A stretch of DNA of 64,000 nt from Candidatus Bathyarchaeia archaeon (lineage in GTDB: Archaea > Thermoproteota > CALKCG01 > B24). Position 1 is the first letter of the stretch, and each line of letters begins with the position of its first letter. The notes under the pieces are model-generated. The model saw only the letters and a list, made by a program, of their open reading frames with translations. It was not told where the DNA came from and made no database searches. Location: contig JAVZJD010000002.1 in the NCBI GenBank assembly GCA_038870975.1, positions 416,001-480,000 on the forward strand. The letters are read 5' to 3'. The translations under genes were made by a program, and so were the position numbers. Below are positions 29,544 to 40,300 of the stretch, piece after piece.

Positions 29544-32500
29544 CTTTCAATTCTCTCTTTAGATGCAACTCAAGTTATATTGTACCGTACGTGCATAAAT
29601 GTTTTTCATTCTTTCAATTCTCTCTTTAGATGCAACTAGATATTCCCGCTGACGACCGTGACGCCGTTATACTTTCAATTCTCTCTTTAGATGCAACAGT
29701 AGTAATATGCGTCGCAATAGTAGCGATATACCACTACCTTTCAATTCTCTCTTTAGATGCAACGGACGTATATTCCCCGTCTTCTCCGATTCCTTGGCTT
29801 TTAATAGCTCTTTCAATTCTCTCTTTAGATGCAACATCGTCTAACAGTCCAACCTACCTCCACGCTGTTGATGTCTTTCAATTCTCTCTTTAGATGCAAC
29901 ATAGTTTGGCTTGTAGGAAGTATGAGGGGATAGTGTGCACTTTCAATTCTCTCTTTAGATGCAACATATTTCTCCGAAACCCCATAGCCGAACGGTCTGA
30001 CGAACTTTCAATTCTCTCTTTAGATGCAACAGAATTCAGCGTTCATGGAAGATATGACTTGAAGCTCTTTCAATTCTCTCTTTAGATGCAACAGCCTCAG
30101 CTCCAATAGTCGTAGCCTCGGCACTAGCATACGTGAGGACTTTCAATTCTCTCTTTAGATGCAACAATTGATACCTTCCACCCATTACCCATGGAATGCT
30201 TGGGTCTTTCAATTCTCTCTTTAGATGCAACGACTAAGAACGTGGATATACGCTTCTACCCAGACGACTTTCAATTCTCTCTTTAGATGCAACGGTAGGT
30301 CGGTGAGCCGCTGGAGTCCCTAGCCTCAACGTCTTTCAATTCTCTCTTTAGATGCAACACCTCCGCCTAGAGATGGCTATGGATAGGGTTGCAGATAGCT
30401 TTCAATTCTCTCTTTAGATGCAACAATTTACAAAAGAAGTACGCTGATAATTCCACGATTGTAAGCTTTCAATTCTCTCTTTAGATGCAACTGAGAAAGG
30501 TTGCGGAAAAGGCATGGAAAAACGGCGGTGTAACTTTCAATTCTCTCTTTAGATGCAACAGGCTATTGAAAAATTGAGTGATAAGATAGATAAGTTAGCC
30601 TTTCAATTCTCTCTTTAGATGCAACTGGAGTAGAAGTGAACAAGCTTGGCTTCGAAATCTACAACGCCTTTCAATTCTCTCTTTAGATGCAACATGGGCA
30701 AGACTGGTCTACCAGTGCTGGCGTTCATTAGAGCTTTCAATTCTCTCTTTAGATGCAACCTTGGAACACAATAAGGAAAATAGAATACGTTGGTAGCGCT
30801 TTCAATTCTCTCTTTAGATGCAACGGCGTCTGGTGCGTCATCTGAACCGTCTTGCCGTTCACATTCCTTTCAATTCTCTCTTTAGATGCAACGACATCGC
30901 AAATGACGAACGCTTGAAGGCTAAGACGCGTGTCTTTCAATTCTCTCTTTAGATGCAACGGCTTCACCGCCGTCGCGCTTCACCTTGAAGTGTATGTCTT
31001 TCAATTCTCTCTTTAGATGCAACTTATGAGCCTCAACTTCGTTGCGAACGCCCCCTCTATCTTTCAATTCTCTCTTTAGATGCAACTTGAAAAATATGGA
31101 AAATATGAAAAAGGTCTTCTCAGCTTCTTTCAATTCTCTCTTTAGATGCAACGGATCCAAATGCCGTAGGTTTCGAGCTGGGCGGTGAAATCATCTTTCA
31201 ATTCTCTCTTTAGATGCAACTTGATGTTCAGGGGGAGGCGGCATGTCGGAGTCTGAGACTTTCAATTCTCTCTTTAGATGCAACAGCAGAGCCCTGAGCC
31301 TCTCTCGACCCTCGCTCGGAGTCCCTTTCAATTCTCTCTTTAGATGCAACCGCGGACGTGGTTGATGCTTGGCAGTCGGTCAGGTGCTGCTTTCAATTCT
31401 CTCTTTAGATGCAACAACGGCGGACAAGACGGTGACCTACCACCTCTGGTGCACTTTCAATTCTCTCTTTAGATGCAACGACGTTGTAACACATGCTGTG
31501 AGGATGCTCCTAGAGATGCTTTCAATTCTCTCTTTAGATGCAACCTGGCTCAACCTAGACACGCTCAGCATATCGGGTCTTCCTTTCAATTCTCTCTTTA
31601 GATGCAACGAAGCCAGAGCCCTACGAGCCGAAGGGGTGGCTTGGAGTCTTTCAATTCTCTCTTTAGATGCAACTGCAAATCGATTGACGCACTGCTTTAT
31701 AATAAGCACCTTTCAATTCTCTCTTTAGATGCAACAACCAGGTCTGCGAGAGCATCCACGGTTCTGCCGGTTCTCACTTTCAATTCTCTCTTTAGATGCA
31801 ACAAACGGTATCCAGTACGTGAATATCTTGCTCTTACGCTCTTTCAATTCTCTCTTTAGATGCAACGAAGCAAACGAAGCTAACAAGCTCAACGCAAGGC
31901 TCTACATCTTTCAATTCTCTCTTTAGATGCAACTTAGATGAAGCAGGCGAGGAGGTTGTCTTCCAATGAGTGCTTTCAATTCTCTCTTTAGATGCAACTT
32001 GTGACATTTTCAACTTTTTTACTACATTCGGAGCATCTTTCAATTCTCTCTTTAGATGCAACAGGATGCTAAACGGTCTATCGGTACCGTAGCGCTCTAT
32101 TCTTTCAATTCTCTCTTTAGATGCAACGACCTTTTTCGGAAACGCGGGTCTATGACCCTTGTAATGATCTTTCAATTCTCTCTTTAGATGCAACACTGCC
32201 TCGTTCTTACCCCAGTATAAGGCTAGTTCACTTTCAATTCTCTCTTTAGATGCAACGGAGAAGAGACGCCTCGCGGTCGTTACTCTAAGGGCTTAATCTT
32301 TCAATTCTCTCTTTAGATGCAACAGTGTAGTAGAGGAGTTGTCTCTACTCATTTTTGAGTCTTTCAATTCTCTCTTTAGATGCAACATAAACTTTGCTTT
32401 ATTTTAACTATCACGGTTAGACACTGTCTTTCAATTCTCTCTTTAGATGCAACTGAAGCCTTAGGACGTGTGTATCCAAGCCCTCACCTTCTCTTTCAAT

Positions 32501-34235
32501 TCTCTCTTTAGATGCAACACGGATTAGACTTCAAAACAGTTCCGTTTCTAGATCTTCTTTCAATTCTCTCTTTAGATGCAACAGTGAATCTCCGAAGACT
32601 GAAGTCCTCCCACGAATATTCAGATACTTTCAATTCTCTCTTTAGATGCAACACTTACATGAGCAGTTTACAAACTTCGTCTTCACAGACAGCTTTCAAT
32701 TCTCTCTTTAGATGCAACTTATAGGGCTTTATCCGCCACAAGTCCCACGTTTACGGCTTTCAATTCTCTCTTTAGATGCAACAACAGTGGAACAGCCACC
32801 ATAACCGCAGGTAACACATATGTCTTTCAATTCTCTCTTTAGATGCAACTGAAATCGGTATACTGATACAAGCATTAAACAACTAATTACTTTCAATTCT
32901 CTCTTTAGATGCAACGGCTAGAGTCGGTCATAACTGGGGTACCAACTATCAGAACTCTTTCAATTCTCTCTTTAGATGCAACAGGAGCTCGTTGAAGCCG
33001 CCGTAAAGTTCCTCGATTCGCTTTCAATTCTCTCTTTAGATGCAACCTGCTGTCGGCTGCGTCGACTGCTTTAATGTATAGAGCTTTCAATTCTCTCTTT
33101 AGATGCAACAGATAAGTTAGCTGAGAGGCTCAAGTGATGAGTGAGGATACTTTCAATTCTCTCTTTAGATGCAACAAGGGTACACAATACATGATTTATG
33201 ATAGGTTAAATCAACCTTTCAATTCTCTCTTTAGATGCAACTGTTTTACGTGTCTTCATAAACAACACAAAATATTTGAACTTTCAATTCTCTCTTTAGA
33301 TGCAACAAACACCCCCTATTGTAGAGCTTACGAGGATAACCGACGCAGGTCTTTCAATTCTCTCTTTAGATGCAACCTCTTCTCTCTTTATCTCGTCCAG
33401 CATCTTCTTAACGTCTTTCAATTCTCTCTTTAGATGCAACGTAAGCCTCAATTTCGTCTTCGTGCTATCTGCAACCGAGGCCTTTCAATTCTCTCTTTAG
33501 ATGCAACAGCTCGCACTGGTCTGAGCGCCGGATCCGAGCTTGATCTCTCTTTCAATTCTCTCTTTAGATGCAACCTGAAGGGCTACCGTGTCGCTTATGC
33601 CAACCTGCTTTCCGTCTTTCAATTCTCTCTTTAGATGCAACGAGAAGCTTTCAGCCGCTCAGGAAGATTTAAGACTTGCACAGGCTTTCAATTCTCTCTT
33701 TAGATGCAACAGAAAAGATAGACGAAAACCTTGAGAGGAGAAGGAAAGTCCTCTTTCAATTCTCTCTTTAGATGCAACGGAACCGATCAAACCTGTATGC
33801 GTATTCTCGAAGTCATCTTTCAATTCTCTCTTTAGATGCAACGTACTTAATACATAAGAATGCATTGGTATTCGCACCGAAGCTTTCAATTCTCTCTTTA
33901 GATGCAACTTCGCAGGTGGAAATCTTCAACAAGTAAGCGGTTTCAACTTTCAATTCTCTCTTTAGATGCAACTCAAGAACCGTTTTCTCATCAGTCGGAA
34001 TCGTTGTATAGTCTTTCAATTCTCTCTTTAGATGCAACTGCTGAAACCTCTGCAAATCCATAAGTTTTCTTCGTAAACTTTCAATTCTCTCTTTAGATGC
34101 AACTACAGCTATCTGAAGCAGGTGATAGACCAGATGGATGATGCTTTCAATTCTCTCTTTAGATGCAACTAAACGCATATTTAAAAACAATGAAAATAGA
34201 GTCTTCAATCTTTCAATTCTCTCTTTAGATGCAAC
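29544..34235 (-). CRISPR. CRISPR array 1: 72 repeats / 71 spacers, repeat GTTGCATCTAAAGAGAGAATTGAAAG (26 bp)
   Basis: Manual count; spacers about 35-47 nt; leader on the right side; ATTGAAAG 3' handle on minus strand. Confidence 0.98.
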
Positions 34236-34360
34236 TGCATGCTTATATAGGGGCTTTATATACCCCTTATGGGTTTATACGTTAGGTATTTAAATGTTTT
34301 TCGCTCCTCCATGCGGAGAAGCTGTTAGAAGCCGAATTCACCATAGACTTTCCACACGGA
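34236..34360 (-). promoter_or_regulatory. CRISPR leader 1
   Basis: Near-identical inverted copy of 37257..37381; BRE/TATA-like GAAAAACATTTAAATA on minus strand. Confidence 0.9.
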
Positions 34361-34436
34361 GAAGTAGGGTTTGGGTGTTTGAAGTGTAAGGTTTTTCTAT
34401 CCGTCTATCGTTATTCTATTTGTATGGTGGCTACCG

Positions 34437-35351
34437 TTGTTTTTTACGTTTGAGGACGTAGTCAGGCTTTCTAGGGTTTTTAGGAGGAGGCCTTGTAGCG
34501 TTAGTGATGAGCTTAGGGGTTGGCATTGGGATGAATATCCTTTGGCGCCTGCTTACAGCGTTAGGATTAATGCTAGTGATCTTGCTGGTGGATTCTGTCC
34601 TACTAATAGGCACATATATGTGAGGTATATTTTGAAGTCTGAGGAGAGGCCCAATTTTAGACTTGAGCTTGGTTCTTTCATCCACAGGGTATATCATATG
34701 GTATCCTGCACGGTCAAGTCTATTCTGTATGAAGGGGCCCCATCTGGGGATGGTTTTAAAGAGGTATTTAAAAATGTCTCAGAGGAGGCCTTCGCTAAAG
34801 CCTATTCTGGCTTTCAAACTCTAAAGAGCGATTTTGCCAAACGTGTTTTCGAGGCACTATGGAACTACGCCTCTAACGTATATGCAGCTTCACTAGACAG
34901 GTTGAGGACTGTTTCACCTTACATGTCTTTGGACGGTCTCGTAAGCCTCGTCATACCCATGACCGTTGAGTTTCCAGTGGATGGAACTCTCATAGGGTTG
35001 AACCGCGCCATAAGAGTTGACGCAATTTTACATCCACATACGGTCGTAGAGCTTAAGACTAGAGGTTTTAGGCCTGAGTATGAGGTTGGGCTTGCATCTT
35101 ACGCATTAGCCATAGAGTCTCAGTACGAAATCCCCGTAAACTACGCGGTGTTGTCGGAGGTTAAATTTGATAGAGGATTTCAGGGGCTGAAAGTGTATGA
35201 AAGACACGTGTTGATTTCAGATGAACTACGGGAGCGTTTCATAGAGAGGAGGGATTCGGCCATGCGTATGATAGAGGAGGAGTTAGACCCGGGTATGCCC
35301 GACGTATGTTCTGAGGACTGCCCGTTTTTAGGGGTGTGTAATAGTGGGTAA
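34437..35351 (+). CDS. csa1: Type I-A Csa1 (Cas4-like)
   Basis: ELRGWHW..PL.P, FCPTNR, VELKT, C-terminal CxxxCPFxxxC. Confidence 0.9.
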   Translation: MFFTFEDVVRLSRVFRRRPCSVSDELRGWHWDEYPLAPAYSVRINASDLAGGFCPTNRHIYVRYILKSEERPNFRLELGSFIHRVYHMVSCTVKSILYEGAPSGDGFKEVFKNVSEEAFAKAYSGFQTLKSDFAKRVFEALWNYASNVYAASLDRLRTVSPYMSLDGLVSLVIPMTVEFPVDGTLIGLNRAIRVDAILHPHTVVELKTRGFRPEYEVGLASYALAIESQYEIPVNYAVLSEVKFDRGFQGLKVYERHVLISDELRERFIERRDSAMRMIEEELDPGMPDVCSEDCPFLGVCNSG

Positions 35352-36348
35352 AGTGGCTTTAGTGGATGAATGGGGCGCCTACCTTTCCGTCAAGAAGGGG
35401 AGGTTCATACTTAGAGTTAAGGATAGATCTGAGAAGTCGAAGGTCAAGTGGGAGCTTGCACCAGTTGAAGTAGACACCATAGCGTTTACCGTTGGAGGCG
35501 CGTCGATATCGGTTGAGGCGGTTAAACTAGCCTCGGAATTCGGCATAGACCTCGTCTTCCTAGATAAGGCAAAACCCGTAGCTAGACTTCTACCATCTAC
35601 TTACGGCTCTACTATGAGGAATTGGAAGGCTCAACTCGACGCCTTTGAAGCGCCTAGTGAAAGGCTCAGGCTTGCGAAGCTCTTCGTTGAAGGTAAAATA
35701 CATAATCAGCGCATAGTCTTGCGGGAGTGGGCTAGAAAATTCAGATCCGCTGGCAAACCAGACTATGATCTTGAAAACGAAGTCGTTAGGCTTGATGAGT
35801 TTCAAAGCCAGGTCAGAGGCATTGATTCTGTAGAAGGGGTTATGAGCATAGAGGCGCACGCGGCCAAACGCTACTGGATGTCTATATCTAGACTGTTACC
35901 TGAAGAAATAGGTTTTAAAAGTAGGGAAGTGTATGCAAGGGCCTCAGAACCTATGGACCCGTTTAACCGTGCACTTAACATAGGCTATTCGATATTAAAG
36001 AAGGAGGTGTGGAGGGCCGTTTTCCTAGCCGGGCTTAACCCATACCTTGGGTTTCTACATTCGCCGAGAGCTGGCAAAATGGCTCTAGTGTTCGACCTGA
36101 TGGAGGAGTTCAGACCCATAACCGTAGATAGGCCTCTCGTAGTCTTAGCGCGTGGAGACAAAGAAGCCATCCTCAAATTGAAGGCGCGTAGCAAGGGTGA
36201 GGATTTGGTTAAGATATGGTCTACCGTTTCATCCGCCTTATACTCTGGTGAAGAGCCTTTATCCAATATGATAGTGGCTCAGGCTAGACTTTTAGCTAAG
36301 CACTTGAAGAAGACGGATACGTATAAGCCGTTTAAGGCTAAGTGGTAG
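35344..36348 (+). CDS. cas1: Cas1
   Basis: EAHAAKRYW, DPFNRALNIGY, GLNPYLGFLH, LVFDLMEEFR. Confidence 0.97.
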   Translation: MGKVALVDEWGAYLSVKKGRFILRVKDRSEKSKVKWELAPVEVDTIAFTVGGASISVEAVKLASEFGIDLVFLDKAKPVARLLPSTYGSTMRNWKAQLDAFEAPSERLRLAKLFVEGKIHNQRIVLREWARKFRSAGKPDYDLENEVVRLDEFQSQVRGIDSVEGVMSIEAHAAKRYWMSISRLLPEEIGFKSREVYARASEPMDPFNRALNIGYSILKKEVWRAVFLAGLNPYLGFLHSPRAGKMALVFDLMEEFRPITVDRPLVVLARGDKEAILKLKARSKGEDLVKIWSTVSSALYSGEEPLSNMIVAQARLLAKHLKKTDTYKPFKAKW

Positions 36349-36644
36349 CCATGCCTCCACTGATCACGTTAGTCATATACGACATAGAAGACGACAAGCT
36401 TAGATCTGACGTAGCGGCCTTTCTAAAGTCTAAAGGGTTAAAGAGGATCCAGTATAGTGCGTTTATAGGTCCTTTAACGGACTCGCAGAGGATGGACGTA
36501 GTGGCAGGTCTTAGAAGGCTCATTAAAAGCGGGAGGAACAATGTACAAGTGTATCCTCTTACTCAGGCGAGTTACAACATGAGGATTATAGTGGGCAACC
36601 CACTTTACGATGAAGCCGGAGATGAAGGATTGGTGGTGACTTAG
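36342..36644 (+). CDS. cas2: Cas2 (start may be ATG 36351)
   Basis: LVIYDIEDD, RIQYSAF. Confidence 0.95.
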   Translation: MVAMPPLITLVIYDIEDDKLRSDVAAFLKSKGLKRIQYSAFIGPLTDSQRMDVVAGLRRLIKSGRNNVQVYPLTQASYNMRIIVGNPLYDEAGDEGLVVT

Positions 36645-36645
36645 T

Positions 36646-37221
36646 ATGGAGGAGGAATACCTTACAGCGGTAGATGTCAAACACTACGCCTACTGCCCGA
36701 GGATAGTGTACTTCACCCATGTATTACATCTTCAGGAGAGGACCACGGAAGCCATGCTCTACGGGTCTGAATCGCACGACGAATCCGTAATAGCGCCAGT
36801 AGCCGCTAAACTAAAGGCTTCGAAGGTCATCCGCGATTTAGAGCTTGTGAGCGGCAAGCTCAAGCTTAGAGGGAAGCTCGACTATTTGATCGTGACGAAG
36901 TTTAACGAGCTCATACCCGTAGAAGTCAAGTGGACTGAACCGATGTGCGAAGCCGTGAAACGGGATCATAGACTTCAGTTAGCCTCATACGCGCTCATGG
37001 TTGAAGAAAACTTCGGTAGAGCAGTAAAAAGAGCATTGGTCTACTATACTAGAGCCAAGAAGCTTGTATCAACCACACTAGATGAAGACGTTAAAAACGA
37101 GGCGAAGCGTACACTAGAGTCTATCAACCGCATAATATCTGGGGAAGAACTCCCCGAAGCGGCTAAACACAGACGCTGTATAAGCTGCGGCTTCAAAGAG
37201 TACTGTAAACCGCTGGTTTAA
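36646..37221 (+). CDS. cas4: Cas4
   Basis: YCPR, GKLD, PVEVK, QLASYA, CISCGFKEYC. Confidence 0.95.
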   Translation: MEEEYLTAVDVKHYAYCPRIVYFTHVLHLQERTTEAMLYGSESHDESVIAPVAAKLKASKVIRDLELVSGKLKLRGKLDYLIVTKFNELIPVEVKWTEPMCEAVKRDHRLQLASYALMVEENFGRAVKRALVYYTRAKKLVSTTLDEDVKNEAKRTLESINRIISGEELPEAAKHRRCISCGFKEYCKPLV

Positions 37222-37256
37222 ACAGAAGGCAAGAACCCAACATACCACTCATTTCT

Positions 37257-37381
37257 TCCGTGTGGAAAGTCTATGGTGAATTTGTCTTCTAATAGACCTT
37301 CCACATGGAGGAGCGAAAAACATTTAAATACCTAACGTATAAACCCATAAGGGGTATATAAAACCCCTATATAAGCATGCA
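37257..37381 (+). promoter_or_regulatory. CRISPR leader 2
   Basis: Inverted copy of leader 1; GAAAAACATTTAAATA BRE/TATA-like element. Confidence 0.9.
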
Positions 37382-40300
37382 GTTGCATCTAAAGAGAGAA
37401 TTGAAAGCGCTTTGAGGCAGAAGGAGAAGAGCATAGAGGCGATGGGTGTTGCATCTAAAGAGAGAATTGAAAGGAAGGTCGGCGACTCTGCGTTGTCTAT
37501 CTGCAACCCTATCCAGTTGCATCTAAAGAGAGAATTGAAAGAGATCAAGTCAACCGCATAGTAGACGCCCGGCCTAGTAGAGTTGCATCTAAAGAGAGAA
37601 TTGAAAGTCAACATCCCTCTTTTTAACAAGCCAGAGCTTGGAGCTTGTTGCATCTAAAGAGAGAATTGAAAGCTTCAATTTCTTCCTCCATACCTTTTCA
37701 CCTCCATTCTTCGAGTTGCATCTAAAGAGAGAATTGAAAGAGGTAATATATGGCTGTGTCGATCCTCACCTGAATGGTGAAGTTGCATCTAAAGAGAGAA
37801 TTGAAAGGCATCCATCTTATATATCGCCTCTTTTACATTCTCAGGAGTTGCATCTAAAGAGAGAATTGAAAGACCAGCCTTGCCGTAAAGAGTGAATTTA
37901 TACTGACCATGTTGCATCTAAAGAGAGAATTGAAAGGTGAAAACATCTACCTGAAGCTGAAGGAAATTTCTCGTTGCATCTAAAGAGAGAATTGAAAGAG
38001 CGCCACGCATAGCAGCCATCGCAGCGGCGACACCACGCCGTTGCATCTAAAGAGAGAATTGAAAGCTTGCTGTACCACCTGAGCATCCACACCCGTAGAG
38101 CCCCCAGTTGCATCTAAAGAGAGAATTGAAAGTTTTGAGCCCTCACTGTCACCAAGACAGTATTTTCATCGTAGTTGCATCTAAAGAGAGAATTGAAAGT
38201 TGATTTTTTCGAGCGTGGCGACGGTTTCTTCAACACCCTTCTGTTGCATCTAAAGAGAGAATTGAAAGGTTAAGAAGAGTTTAATACTTAAACTCACCCT
38301 TTCACCTCGTTGCATCTAAAGAGAGAATTGAAAGCGTGAGCTCAAGCCCATCTTGGAAAAGTACGGCTACCGGGTTGCATCTAAAGAGAGAATTGAAAGC
38401 CGCTTGACGACACATTCTCACAACGATACGCTTACTGTTGTTGCATCTAAAGAGAGAATTGAAAGCTAACGTCGTACTTCTCCTCTAAAAGCCCCGTAGC
38501 CTTCAGTTGCATCTAAAGAGAGAATTGAAAGCTTTATCATGCGTCCAATTACATCCTGCTCTTAATTCAGAGTTGCATCTAAAGAGAGAATTGAAAGAAG
38601 TACTCCCAGTACATCCCCGTTTGAAACGTTGAATAATGTTGCATCTAAAGAGAGAATTGAAAGCTACATACCGGTCATCGAAGACCAGTTGAGAAGACTT
38701 GCAGTTGCATCTAAAGAGAGAATTGAAAGTAGAATATCCGCTTCAACTCAACTATTTTATTAATCCGTCCTGTTGCATCTAAAGAGAGAATTGAAAGCTA
38801 CGAATTTCCGATAGATCGGCTCCACCTGTTCGGCCCTGTTGCATCTAAAGAGAGAATTGAAAGCGCTCATAGCCACATCGCACAGGTTTACCCAGCTTGG
38901 CGTTGCATCTAAAGAGAGAATTGAAAGATATCCTCGTCACAGTCTCGCCCCCACGACTTCCACGGCTCGTTGCATCTAAAGAGAGAATTGAAAGATATTA
39001 CAGTGCTCAGACTTGTGAATGCAGCTGATAGTCGTTGCATCTAAAGAGAGAATTGAAAGTCGACCTTGCTCATCTTCCATCTCCCTCTTTTTAACAAGCC
39101 GTTGCATCTAAAGAGAGAATTGAAAGCCGCCTGCCTCCGCAACAGTCCAAGCATGCCCGTAAAACCTGTTGCATCTAAAGAGAGAATTGAAAGTTATCGT
39201 CGTACCATGCGAACGCTTCACGGTATTTACTCCGTTGCATCTAAAGAGAGAATTGAAAGCTTGGAAAGAACTTGATGACGTTTTTAACTATCCATGTTTG
39301 TTGCATCTAAAGAGAGAATTGAAAGTTGAATTCGGGAGGCATAAGCCCCCACTTGCTTCCACAATGTTGCATCTAAAGAGAGAATTGAAAGAATATTTTC
39401 GCTCTAGACTCTTCTACAACTAATCCTTGTTGCATCTAAAGAGAGAATTGAAAGGTTTACGGAGAAAATCGACGGGCTTCTTCACACCAAACGTTTGTTG
39501 CATCTAAAGAGAGAATTGAAAGACTCCGAAGGCACTCCATATGATGCTCTGCTTCTCCCACTCTGTTGCATCTAAAGAGAGAATTGAAAGGCCTCCTAGC
39601 CGCGCACGGGGGGCGTGCGGACGGGACGACGTTGCATCTAAAGAGAGAATTGAAAGCTGTCGAGGAAAGGCTTAACGAGATCCCTGTACTTCGTTGCATC
39701 TAAAGAGAGAATTGAAAGCTTTCGCGCAACAGTTGCTCTAGGAGCCTTGCGATTTTCCGGTGTTGCATCTAAAGAGAGAATTGAAAGTTTCTTATTGGCT
39801 TAGGGAGGCTCGGCACACAGGCTGCAGTTGCATCTAAAGAGAGAATTGAAAGAGCTCTGTCAGGAAGAGTTTAACCAGACCCGAACTCAACCTGTTGCAT
39901 CTAAAGAGAGAATTGAAAGTTTATCATGAAGATGTAAAAATGACAAGCCTCCATTTCAGTTGCATCTAAAGAGAGAATTGAAAGCTCTAATGAACGCCAG
40001 CACTGGTAGACCGGTCTTGCCCATGAAGTTGCATCTAAAGAGAGAATTGAAAGAATAACCTTGTAAAGTCGCGCATCAACACGGCTTATCAGTTGCATCT
40101 AAAGAGAGAATTGAAAGTACGATTTCAAAAACAGTCCCTACCCTCTTTTTGACATATGTTGCATCTAAAGAGAGAATTGAAAGTAGTCGTGACCATGAGG
40201 TTCATGTGCTTCCGCAGGGGTTGCATCTAAAGAGAGAATTGAAAGAAGGAAGTACTCTGCGCACTCCAGCTCCTCCCTAAGCCTCCTGTTGCATCTAAAG

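Noticed and set aside
29630-34208. Many ORFs in array 1 (LSILSLDAT / LHLKRELK peptides)
   Set aside because: Translations of the CRISPR repeat, not genes.
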